DNA of 64,000 nt from NCBI GenBank assembly GCA_047967505.1, contig CM106538.1; one strand, written 5' to 3'. Each line of letters begins with the position of its first letter. The first letter of the stretch is position 1. The notes beneath the pieces are model-generated. The model ran no database searches. It was not told where the DNA came from and worked only from the letters and a program-made list of their open reading frames with translations. The position numbers and the translations under genes were made by a program. The DNA comes from Dipteris shenzhenensis (Eukaryota). Shown here piece after piece: positions 27,162-39,300 of this stretch.

Positions 27162-30100
27162 TGTAAGAAAATAATACGTCTGTGCTCAACAGATAACAAG
27201 ATCTCGTATGCAAGAGAGAAAATAGATTGTATGAGAGAAGCTTTGATGGCATGCTGGAAACAGTAGAGGACGGAGACTGGATGCTAAGGAATCAAGGTTG
27301 CTGTAGCCAGTGATGAAATGGGATTCATGAGCTCGCTCTTATATAGTCACTAGTTGTAGTCGGTTAGACCCAATTTGGTGACCGACCTAGTCCGCCCAAA
27401 ATGGTCGACTGGGGGTTGGGGCCACGGACCACACGATAGAACCATGGCATAAAATAGAGCCATCCGAGATCATCTCGGACTCCAAACGGGCTCTACAACC
27501 CAAGAGTGGGCTGCCTCAAGAAAAGCTTTGTCTTACCTCAGTGCGATCAGTCATGGGATGCCTTCTTGCACTTGTTGGTAAGCTGAAAGGAAAGCAAAGA
27601 GTGGACACAAACTCAGAATACTTGCATTATGGAATGAAGAAGAGTGAGGTCCTTAAGTAGGCACCTCATACATGCTCACTGACATCATTGATGACTTCAG
27701 AGCTCCACAATCATCTCCTCAATCTGCTCCTAGATTCTCTCAATCATCCTATGTGGCTCTCCACCACCTAATTGTGCTTGTGGGCACCTAACTGTGCCTC
27801 TAGCACTCACACATAGAAACCAAGGTGTGCCTGAGGCATACATCTTGAGATATCCCATCAAACCCCCCTTCAAGGGAATGCCTCAGGCTATGTCAAGGAT
27901 ACATCTAGTCTCATAGTTTCTCATGCCATCTCATGGTGGTTAAGGATAAATCTATGGCTAGGTTCTCATGCTAGCAAGGGTTCCCATGGGTGTAAGGTAA
28001 ACAAAAGGGATACAAAAAGACCTTCCAATGGTTATCTCCCCTACATGTACATGCACAAATGTCTGTAGGAGGTACCATGGAGCAAAACATACACATGGCC
28101 TACATCATAAGGTGACCAGAGGTGTAAACACACAAAACACAATAGTTTATTTCATTCATTTTGGAGGACTATCCAGGCTGAGTACCTTGACATAAAAAGA
28201 GAGATCTGGAGCATACATAGAGATGATTTAAAATGCATAATCTTCAAAGGATGTCTCATCTTGTGGAGGCTCATCAACTGAAAGTAGATTTGCATTTTTT
28301 GTCTTTGAAGTTGCTTCCTTTTTGGCAACCATTATCTTGGCAATCTTCAACAAGGAAGCCATGTTGGCATTTTCTTCCTTTGTAGCATAACAAGACATTG
28401 CTTTATGTTTAGGCTTTTCACATATTTTGCATAAGCAAGCCATGAGAGGGTCTAACACAGGTATTAGGCAGTGTCTTCTCTCTTACAAGGCTTAGAATAA
28501 CAACTGAAATGCTTCAAAATATAAGCATTTAATGTAGCAAAGTCTTGTGACCAAAAATCAAACAATGATGCTTTTTCTTACATGCTTCATAGAGATGGCT
28601 AAAATGAAAGCTTTCCAATCAAAACCAGGTATAGCGGCTCAAAGCAAAGCTGAAGCCACAGTTGTACTCATGTTATTGAAAGTTTCAAAAAACCAGAAGT
28701 GCTAGAGTAGCATTTTATGTAGCATCATCTTCAAAAACTTGTCCAAAACTATCAAAACCAAAAGGCTGAATTTGGAGGGCTTGTAGCTCACTCTTCAAAG
28801 CAACGAAAAGAGGGCTTTCTGAAGCAAAAGAAAGCTCATATACCAAAGAGGATCCAGCACGGAGGTTGGACGAAATGGCGCGTGCTATTGCCCGGGGGAG
28901 TTGCTACAGGCTGAACCTGAGTTTTGACGATTTCTCCTTCGTTACTGAACCAAATGAGCTGAAAAATGACTCAAAATCTTTGTCTTGAGGTCGCCCATCT
29001 ACGTTTGTAGTCCACTTGTAGTACATTCATTTTTAACTTTTAAGAACTCATATTCTAATACTCAAAGACAAGCAATGGCAGAGCAGGCAGGGAGTATAGA
29101 GGAAGGGCGAAAAAATGCGCTGTTTGGAGAATGGTAGCCAATAGAGACTTTTTTTTTTCAATTGCTTGCAGGTGGAAGTTTGCCCATACTAGAGGAGTTT
29201 ACAGCTTAGAGGGTTTGGGCAATGGTCGTTTGTAGGCAGAGAACCAAGCTCTCAAAGATTTTGGGAAGAAGGAGGAAAATGGAGAAGAAGAAGATGAAGA
29301 AGAAGAAGATGATATGGCAGAAGTGGGCTCAAGGGGGATCAAAGGGCTCTGATACCATGTTGGTAAGCTAAAAGGAAAGCAAAGAGTGGACACAAACTCA
29401 GAATACTTGCATTATGGAATGAAGAAGAGTGAGGTCCTTAAGTAGGCACCTCATACATGCTCACTGACATCACTGATGACTTCAGAGCTCCACAATCATC
29501 TCCTCAATCTGCTCCTAGATTCTCTCAATCATCCTATGTGGCTCTCCACCACCTAACTGTGCTTGTGGGCACCTAATTGTGCCTCTAGCACTCACACATA
29601 GAAACCAAGGTGTGCCTGAGGCATACACCTTGAGATATCCCATTAGCACTTGCATGCAAGAGACTTCGTGAAGATGTTCGCAGCATTCTCTGTAGTCAGA
29701 CAATACACCAAGTTGACCTCTCCATCCATGATGAGCTCGCGTGCAAAGTGATATTGAATCTCAATGTGTTTTGTGTGAGCATGGAACACAGGGTTCTTTG
29801 CAATCACCATGCAACTCTGATTGTCACATGATAATTGCGTAGGCTTGTTCTGCACTACACCCATGTCCCCCAAAATCCTCCCCAACCACACTGCCTTGCA
29901 AGAAGCAAAGCATGCTGATTTGTACTCAGCCTTGGTAGAAGAAAGAGCAACTGTGGGTTGCTTCTTGCTGACCCATGACACAACTCCAGATCTAAGTGAG
30001 AAATAGTACCATGTCATTGATCTCCTGCTGTCCACATCTCCTGCCCAATCCGAGTCACAAGATCCGATCAAGATGTTGCCTTTGGTATAGGTGATGCCAT

Positions 30101-33100
30101 AATAAAGTGTGCCTTTGATGTATTTCAGCACCCGCATCCTTGCCCTCCACCAATGGTTTTCTCGAGGCTTATTGGAAAACCTGCATAGTACACCAATCAC
30201 AAAGCTGATGTCCGACCGTGTGTTGCACAAGTAAATCAAACTGCTCACAAGCCTTCTGTACTTTGCTTCGTCCACCAGTGGTGATGAATCCTCATTTGAG
30301 AGCTTCACATCAACCTCCATAGGGGTACCAACTGTCTTGCACTCAGCCATGCCAAATGCCTTCAGTATCTCTCCAGCATACTTCAGCTGTGAAAAGAAGA
30401 TCTGTTTTGGCTCTTGCTAAACTTCAATCTGCAAACAGAAGTGCATCAGTCCAAGGTCTATTATTTCAAACTCTCTTCCTAGCAAATGCTTTGTTTGCGA
30501 GATCTTCTCTTCATGGTTCCCAGTTATGACAAGGTCGTCCACATAAAGGACCACAATCATACACCTGCCTCCTTCTCTGAAGATATACAAATTTGCATCT
30601 AATGGGCTCCTCCTGAACCCGTTTTGCAGAAAGTAGACATCAATCTACTGGTACCATGCTCGTGGGGCCTGTTTCAGCCCGTAAAGTGCCTTCTTCAGTT
30701 TATAGACTTTACCTTCTGAATCGAGGATCACAAATCCTAGTGGTTGTTCCACGTATACCTCCTCCTTGAGATCTCCATTCAGAAAGGCGAATTTACATCC
30801 ATCTGAAACACAGGCCAACTTCCCTAGGTAGCTAAAGCCAAAATACTGCGAATTGTGGTTAGTCGAGCTGTGGGAGCAAAAGTATCATGATAATCAAAAC
30901 CATGTACCTGTGCAAATCCTTTTGCCATGAGCCAAGCCTTGTACTTATCCAATGTACTGTCGGACTTGTACACCCACTTGGTGCCGATTACCTTGTGTTT
31001 TGGTGGACGATCCACAAAGTCCCAAGTGTTGTTCTTCATTATGGAGCCATACTCCATGTGCATAGCCTCCATCCACCTATCATCACCCTGTGCCTCTTCA
31101 AGACACTTGGGTTCATGAGCACGGATCACCTCAGTCATCAAAGCGTAGCTGACCAAGTGTTCCTGTGCCCTTCTTTGCTCCTCTAATCTCTTGGACCGAT
31201 GGTGTTTGGATGGTTCCTCCTCAATGGCTGGGGGTTCTCTATCATCCAAAAGCTGCTTTACCCACTTTGGGAATGGTTGTTGATGTTGTGCTTCTTCAGG
31301 CTCTTCTTCATCTTCTTTATCTGAAATCCTCCCAAGCACCATTGGGGGAGTTCGGTCTGTTGTTGGTGGTGGTGCTGGATGGATATCCTGGTCCTGGTTG
31401 TCTGGGAAGGAAGCATCCTCCTCCAATTGATGCGGCTATTCTGAGAAGACCACATTGCGACTTACTATTACCTTCTTGGTAACAGGGTTATAGAGACGAG
31501 ACGTTGTTTCACCGTGTACCTTTACCAATGACCTTCCCTTGAAGATCCAGGATCTGTGCACCATTCTTATCAAATTGAACTTTGAGGTCTCGATCCATGA
31601 TCGCAAAAATGAACAACAAGTTCCTCTTGATATTTGGCACATAAAGAACATCAGACAACTGTTTTACAACTCCATCTGACTTGAGAGTAATCGTATCTTT
31701 TCCTTTTGCGGGACATTTTGCATCATTGCCGATTGCTACCAGGATGTCATTCCCTATCGGCTCTAGAGAGGTATACCAATCCTTCTGACTCGTCATGTGG
31801 CGCGATGCACCACTGTCAATAATCCAAGGTTCATTTGTAGGTACATGAACTACCTTCGTGCAAATCTTCTCAATTGCGACGAACAGCTCTACTGGTACTA
31901 CCTGCGCGATGTTGTTGGACTCTTTCTTTATTCTGTTCTTCTCATCTATAATCTTCTTCCCGCACTCATTCTGCTTGTGCCTTGCCTTGTTGCAATAGAA
32001 GCACTTGATCTTCTTCTTTCTCTTTTTATCATCAGAAGAAGATGGGTTACTAGAGTCCTTACCCTTACCTTTCTTTGATCCAATGTAGAAAGCCGAATCT
32101 TCTCTAGTCCTCATCTTTTGACACATCTCCTCCTCAAGAAGCATTGCGCTGAAATCCTCAAAGTTGAGGGGCGGATTTATGTTCTGTGTATTTAGTGCCA
32201 TAACAAGACCGTCGTACTTTGGTGGGAGAATCTGTATGCACCTTCATGCTAGATTCTCGCTGGTGATGGTGATGCCAATCACAGTCATCTAATCGCACAG
32301 ATTCTTCACCCTGGTGATGAACTTCTCTACCGCTTCAGACTCAGACAATTTCTCATTTGCGAGCTGAGTCTCCAGATTCTGAATTCGCGTTTGATTCGTG
32401 GTCTCATACTGATTTTTCAAGGCTGTCCATGCCTCCTCTGCTATGGTGACATGTTGAATTAATGCCATGACAAATCACTTACACTGCAGACAATAGAACA
32501 CAGCGCATCTGCATTTCTTCTTGTCCACACGAGAATCTCATCTGTAGTTGGTACTATCGTGTTGTCCTGCATTGGCTAGATCCGGTGGCCTCACGTCCAC
32601 CCCAATAGCAGTGTCCTAAAGCTCGTATGCGCTTAGGACGGTCTTCATCTTGAACTTCCAGAGTGGATAGTTAGAGCCATCCAACTTTTCTCTTTCATCG
32701 AACAGTGGGATTCGCAGTCTTGCGGGCTGGCCCATCTCTCACAATCTGCTCGCAAACAGAAACACACTACCAAATCTACTTGCTAGAGTCCAGGCTCTGA
32801 TACCATGTAAGAAAATAATACGATGTTTGTGCTCAACAGATAACAGGATCTCGTACGTAAGAGAGAAAACAGATAGTATGGAGAATCAAAATTTTGATTA
32901 CTGTAGAACTGATACAATAGATGGCACTACCTCCCAACTGTGTGCTTCTGTGAGAGAAGCTTCGATGGCGTGCTGGAAATAGTAGAGGACGGAGGCTGAA
33001 TGCTAAGGAATCAGGGTTGCTGTAGCCAGTGATGAAATGGGCTTCATGGGCTCACTCTTATATAGCCACTAGTCGTAGTCGATTAGACCCAATTTGGTGA

Positions 33101-33470
33101 CTGACCTAGTCCACCCAAAACGATCTCGTAGGCCACCGACCACACGATAGAATCGTGGCATAAAATAGATCCGGTAGCTTGGACTCCAAACGGGCCCCGC
33201 AACCCGAGAGTGGGCTGCCCCAGGAAAAGCTCTGTCTACCCTCAGTGCGATCAGTCTCATGGGATGCCTTCTCGCACTTGCATGTAGCCTAGTTGGCAGT
33301 GTGCCAACTCTGTCCAACCATCAGGCCACACATGGCCCCCATCTGGTATCCAAACCAGGTCCTACCAGATAACCGAGCTACTCAAATGCCTTCTCCTCAT
33401 ATGGGGGGCTTAAAGTAGAGTTAATTGGTTCCCGCATAGTTACACGAGAGTGGAGCATTGATATCTAACA
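27162..33470 (-). mobile_element. Ty1/Copia element C (integrase core deleted)
   Basis: TSD ACCAT (27157-27161, 33471-33475). 5' LTR 32806-33470, PBS TGGTATCAGAGC (tRNA-iMet, 32794-32805), gag ATG 32735, WIIDSGASRHM, RT and RH (CDSDWAGD). The 3' LTR (27162-27572) is interrupted and partly deleted. Confidence 0.95.
27573..29645 (-). mobile_element. Non-autonomous gag-only LTR element 1 (TR-GAG/TRIM-like), nested in the 3' LTR of Copia C
   Basis: 288-bp LTRs (27573-27860, 29358-29645), TSD GCACT, iMet PBS at 29346-29357, PPT beside the left LTR. Gag remnant CKICEKPKHKAMSC...SFEDYAF. No pol. Confidence 0.9.
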
Positions 33471-33625
33471 ACCATGCCACCATTTCTTACTGCCTCTAGA
33501 GAATATTTCATGCTTGACACATTCTCGGCAGTGATTACCAAAAAATACTTTGATTTGCACTCCATAAAATACCAAGCATGTTCAAGATATTTGAAAGACA
33601 CCTTGGAACCAAAACTCAAAGCCAT
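33471..33625 (-). CDS. 5' coding part of the same ParB/Srx-like gene, separated by the Copia C insertion
   Basis: MALSFGSKVSFKYLEHAW...RNGGMV joins MVSTINIK... in frame across the ACCAT TSD. A splice acceptor TTTGATTGCTTTGCAG lies just before the ATG. Confidence 0.75.
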
Positions 33626-33659
33626 AGTTTTCTGCAAAGCAATCAAAAACAAAAAATGA

Positions 33660-34066
33660 GAATTACAATGATTTTAAAACTCAAAATATTAAAAGAATTG
33701 CTAATTAAATATTTAAATATTAAAAAGTAAAAATTAATTAAAATTTCAAAAGTTAAAATATATTTTAAAAAATATATTTTTATAATTCTACATACTATTT
33801 TTTAATCTAATATTTTTTTACATAAATAATTTAGTTCAAAATATTTTATAAACATAGATAGAAGAATTTAATTTAATTTTTCTAAAATTTTATTTTATTT
33901 ATTTATCTATATATTTAAATTTTAATGTTACTTTTCTAAAATTTTTCTAATTCTAAATTTTTTATTTCTTTAAAATTTAATTTAAATTATTAATTAATTT
34001 AATTTAATTTCTTATTTTTTTTAAAAATTAAATTTAATTTTTTTGTCTCTTTAAAAAAAAAAAAAA
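33660..34066. other. Extremely AT-rich tract, probable 5' intron of the minus-strand gene
   Basis: Nearly pure A/T sequence that ends at a canonical acceptor on the minus strand near 33632. Confidence 0.5.
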
Positions 34067-34077
34067 GAGCTCGAAAG

Positions 34078-34390
34078 GGCCCCCACTTCCTTAAGGGAGG
34101 GTTAATCCCCTCCCTAAGCCCCCAAAGGGGGGGCCTATTGCGTGCGCAACAGGCCCCCCCTTTGGGGGCTTAGGGGAGGGGCCTCACGGGCCAACCTGTT
34201 GTGCATGCAATAGGCCCCCCCTTTGGGGGCTTAGGGGAGGGGCTTGTTGTGTGCACAATAGACCCCTCCTTTGGGGGCTTAGGGGAGGGGACTAACCCCC
34301 CCTGAACCTATTGTGCGTGCAACAGGCTAGCCCGTGGGCCAGCCTAGTGCGAGCGCAAGAGCTTCAGGGGGGGTTAATCCCCCTCCTCCT
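34078..34390. promoter_or_regulatory. GC-rich island with repeated palindromes and GGGGGCTTAGGGGAGGGG units
   Basis: Near-perfect hairpin at 34107-34181, three direct units, and four 16-bp quasi-palindromes. Lies between two divergent ORFs. Confidence 0.5.
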
Positions 34391-35145
34391 CTCCGCCTCC
34401 CCGCCTCCTGTCCTTCACCTCCTACCTCCCACCTCTCCTACGCCTCCCTCCTCTCCCCGCCTCCCCGCCTCCCCCTCTACCTCTCTTTGCCTCCCTACTC
34501 CTCGCCTCCCCGCTCCTCGCCCCCCCAAAAAAAAGATGGAGCGCCTCTCTGCTCCCTGCCTCCCCGCCTCCTCACTCCCCCCAAAAAAAAAAAGACATAC
34601 CGAAGGGGAAGGGGAGGGACGGAGAGGATTCATCATCGAAGGGGGGAAGCGGGAGAAGAGGGGAGGGGGAAGTGGGTGGAGAGGGGAAGGGAGGGGAGGG
34701 AGGAAGGGAGGAGAGGGGAAGGGAGGGGAGGGGGGAAGCGGGAGGAGAGGGGAAGGGAGGGGGGAGGAGAGGGGCAGGGAGGGCAGGGAGGAAGGGAGGA
34801 GAGGGGAGGTGAGGGGAAGGGCTCCCATCCTCCCACCCCACCCCTCCCACTCCCACTGCCATCCTCCCACCCTCACCCCACCCCCACCTCCCCCATTCCT
34901 AGTCCCTCTCCCACTCCCACTCCCATTCTCCCACCCCCACCCCCACCTCCCCCATTCCCACTCCCTCTCCCACTCCCACTCCCATTCTCCCACCCCCACT
35001 CCCATCCCCACCTCCCACAATCCCACTCCCTCTCCAACTCCCACACCCACCTCCCCTCTCCTACTCCCACTCCCACTTCCACACTCCCACTCTCCCTTTC
35101 TCCCACTACCACCCTCCCAACTCCCACTCCCATTCCCACATTCCT
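34391..35145. repeat. Polypyrimidine, polypurine and (CCCACT)n low-complexity tracts
   Basis: C/T-rich 34391-34580, G/A-rich 34600-34820, CCCACT/CCCATT repeats 34825-35145. Confidence 0.9.
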
Positions 35146-35221
35146 ACTATTAATTCCACTCCTACTTATGAATCCTACTTAAAACTATTACTTAAATAAA
35201 TGATATTACTAAAAACACTCA

Positions 35222-36229
35222 TAGGATTTAAGGTTTAGGGTATAGGGTTTGGGGGTTAGGGTTTAGGGTTTGTGAGTTAGGGTTTAGGGTTTGGTGGTTT
35301 AGATTTAGGGTTTGGGGGGTAGGGTTTAGGGTTTAGGGTTTGGGGGTTTGGGTTTAGGGTTCGAGGTTTGGGGGTTAGGGTTTAGGGTTTTGTGGTTTGG
35401 GTTTAGGGTTTGGGGGTAGGGTTTAGGATTTAGGGTTTGGGGGTTAGGGTTTAGGGTTTAGGGTTAGGGGGTTAGGGTTCAGGTTTTGGGTTTAGGGTTT
35501 GGGAGTTAGGGTTTAGGGTTTAGAGATTAGGGATTAGTTTTTATTTGTTAGGGTTGAGGGTTTAGAGAGTCAAGATTATCATTTACAGTTTAGGGATTAG
35601 GGGTTAGGGTTTAGGGTTTAGGGATCAAGGATAAGGGATTAGGGATTAGGGTTTGAAAATTAGGGTTTATAGGTCCTATAGGGTTTACGGTGTAGGATTT
35701 AGGGTTTAGGGGTTAGAGGTCTAGGATTAGGAATTAGGGGTTAGGGTTTAGGTTTAGTATTTCGAGGTTAGGGTTGAGGGTTTAGGATTTAGGGTTTAGG
35801 GTTTAGAGGTCTAGGATTAGGATTGAGGGTTTGGGAATTAGGGGTTAGGGTTTAGGTTTAGGGTTTTGAGATTAGGGATTAGGGGTTAGGGTTTACGGAT
35901 TAGGATTTAGGGATTTAGGATTTAGGTTTAGGTATTAGGGTTTAGGGTCTAGGAATTAGGGTTTTGGGATTAAGATTTTGGGATTAGGGATTAGGGGTTA
36001 GGGTTTACGGATTAGGATTTAGGTTTAGGGATTAGGGTTTAGGATTTAGGTTTTAGGGTTTAAGGGTTAGGGTTTAGGAATTAAGATATAGAATTTAGGG
36101 TTTAGAAATTAGGGGTTAGGGTTTAAGATTTAGGGTTTAGGGTTTAAGAATTAGGGTTTATGGTTTCAAGGGTTTGAATTAGGATTTGGGGATTAGGGGT
36201 TAGGATTTAGGGTTTAGGGTTTAGGGTTT
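35222..36229 (+). repeat. Interstitial telomere-like array, degenerate (TTTAGGG)n, ~1 kb
   Basis: TTTAGGG units mixed with TTAGGG, TTGGGGG and GATTAGG variants, G-rich on the + strand. Confidence 0.95.
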
Positions 36230-36350
36230 GATTAATTTTTTAAACAAGATCTAGATTTTTAAATAATTAATAAAGTATATTATTGAGAAGAGACTAATGT
36301 TCTTTATAATGGTTGTTACAGCTTGTTTGCAAAGGAAACTCACAAAGGAG

Positions 36351-39300
36351 ATGGCTACAAAATTTATTCTGGGGATGGAGGTGATTCTATGTTGCAAAAG
36401 AGAAGTAGTTGCATTTGCTACAGTCCATGAAAGTGATCCAAATTCTATTTGTCACTTTAGAAGACTTGGCGAAGATAAGGTGGCGGTTATCATATCAAGG
36501 ATTCTTAGTGCACATGTTGAGCTAAAGCATAAGTGTGGGGATATGGAAATCCTTGGAGATGTTATGCCCTATAATACTTCCAACAAAGCATTTATTGCAT
36601 GGGATAGAGATGAGACTTATCTAACACATGTCATCAGGAATACAAAGTGCATATCTTTAGATTTTAGCGTGGGAGATATTTTACAAATGTTATCATTTAC
36701 AAATAAGAATGTAGCAGAAGGTCAAGTCTTGGGATTTGAACAAGTGGAACACAGGACATTTGCACAGATGAGAATTCAAAAAGTTACTAATGATGGTATG
36801 GATGATAACTCAATCTCATTGGATGGTCCCTACTATGAGGTAGGTAAGGATTTGACATGGAGCATGCAATTTTTAAAGATTGGAAAGACTCGGCATGTGG
36901 TTTTTAATGATAAACATAATGTATACTACAACATCAAAGAATTGAAAGAATATGCCAATGTACCAAGCTCTATTCCTTTAGAGATGGATGATTCCAATGC
37001 ACTCAACTATAGCATTGACTTATTATCAGAAGTCGATGAGTTCATTGGTAGCGAGAAAGAAAAAGATTTCACAAGTGATGCCTTATTCGGGGTGGATGAG
37101 TTCATGCACATTGAGAACTTGGGCAAAGATGTCAAAAGTGATATCTTTTCAAGCATGGATGGCTTCATGGATACTGATAAAGTTCTTGGAGTCAAACCAA
37201 GTAATTATGGAATTATGGAAATCATGCATGATAGTATAATGAGTGATGTTCTTTCTGGAGTAGAGGAGTTTCAAGACTATGGAGTTGTGAAATCCATAGA
37301 AAGTGCATCAATGAGTGATGCTCTCTCAGGAATAGATGAGTTTGAAGACCATTCTGGACACTCTATCACCACTGACTATGGAGTTATGAAATCCATAAAA
37401 AGTGCATTAATGAGTGATGTTCTCTCAGGAATAGATGAGTTTGAACATCATTCTGGACACTCTAATGCCATTGTGACAAGTGGTTCTACGATTGTATCAA
37501 AAGTAGGGATGAGATCAACAAAGCCTAACTATTCGGTATTTGACTTTGATTGTGAAATAGTTAATGTTACAAATGGTTTGACAAATGTATCAAAAGCAAG
37601 GATGACATCAACAAAGGACTATTCATTATTTGACTATCATAGTGATAAGATCAAGGATGCAACATCTCATGAAAACAACGTGACAAATAAATCTTACAAG
37701 GAGAACTACACAAGTCCAAATAAGAATGTACAGAAGGTCCCAAAACGGACATACAAATGCATGAAACGGCAAATCCAAAAAAGCAACCAAAGAGAATGAG
37801 TAATGAATGAAGATATTATTCTAAAAGCAATGCGATCTACTGTATGATGTAAGCGTAGATGTATGCGATCCATTAACTTACATGACATCAAGGGTTGTAG
37901 AGATCATATCTGGCAAAGGAAAGGGAGCAAGATAAATGAATACCTACTCAAGAGACTATCTTGCTTTCTTGTAAATGATAAGAGAAGGCGAAGTTCAGGA
38001 CAACAGATAAGGCCTCTTATAAATGGAAAAAGTGTTTGCAATAATGCATATCACATTATTATAGGATTATCACATGGCACATATTGGAATTTGGCTAATA
38101 AAGCAAAGTATGGAGTTAAATTTAACATTCATGAAAACATAGGAAGGCCCAAAACAAGAGCCTCAATGGTTGCAGCAATAGCAATTTTGAAAGGTTACAT
38201 CTATGAAAATGCTTTACCGCAACCCCATCTATCAGAAATGCATCTTGCGATAGGTTTGACTAAAAAAGAAGTATTTAACTCTATTGGAGAAACACAGCGG
38301 CAAAGAGGGCATGCACCAGCATCTTTCCGTACTTTGTATACTCTTTGGAAAAAAAGCTTTGGACATGTTAAAATCCCAAAGAGGCAAAAAATGTCAAAGT
38401 GCAACGACTGTGATGATCTAAAGTGAGCACTTGAGAGTGCAACATCTCCAGAACAAAAAGAAGCTTACAAAAAAAAGAGAGAATTTCATCATGGACTTGT
38501 TCGACATTCTAGAATAAAATATGCATTTTGAAAGGAGCAAGCTATTTCTCACCCAAATGAGTACATGTGCATTATTGTAGATGGTATGGATCAATATACA
38601 ACAACATTACCTCGATTCATTAACACTCCACCTAAGCTACAAGGAAAATACTTTTTAAAGACACATATATGTGGAGTGTTAGTGCACGGATTCAAGTTTT
38701 TTGTAGACATATGGATTGATTCCTTGCATCTACATGATAGCAATCAAGTTGTAACATCCGTTGCAGACAATTGCGAATGAGAGAATAAGAATGTACTCTT
38801 CTTTGCATTCTACTCAATGCTAATCACTCATAGAATCTTCAATGAGATTGAAGTTGGGTTTTTGTTGGTTGGGCACACACATGTGTATATTGATCAGGTA
38901 TTTAGCACGGTTTTAAGAGAACTAAAACACAAGGACATGGAGACGATGGATGACTTGATAAGAAAATGTGGGAGGCAAGTTGGTGGCCATAAGGAAGGAA
39001 CAATATGATCAATGGTTGAGAGGATGTATGATTGGAAGAGCTTTATTCTACCTTTCATACAAAAAGGTGGTGATGCCCTGATAGGTCATAGTGCTCTACA
39101 CTATTTTCACTTTTTCTTAAAGGATGAAAAACCAGTGATGCAATGGCAACACTATTCTCTTGATACAAAATGGGAACCTGAAGAACCTTACTCTCTCTTA
39201 ACTTCGATCTCGAGCAAAGAAATGCATCCAACATGGGCTCCTATAAAAGAATTCAGCGAGAAATCCAAAGGTGAAATAGAAGGCTTGAAAGCTTTTATTA

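Noticed and set aside
34311-35182. Pro/Gly-rich ORFs of 200-280 aa in several frames
   Set aside because: They arise from stop-free low-complexity C/G tracts on both strands.
35222-36229. True chromosome end or telomere-fusion site
   Set aside because: The array is internal, degenerate and in a single orientation, with no TTTAGGG-to-CCCTAAA inversion.
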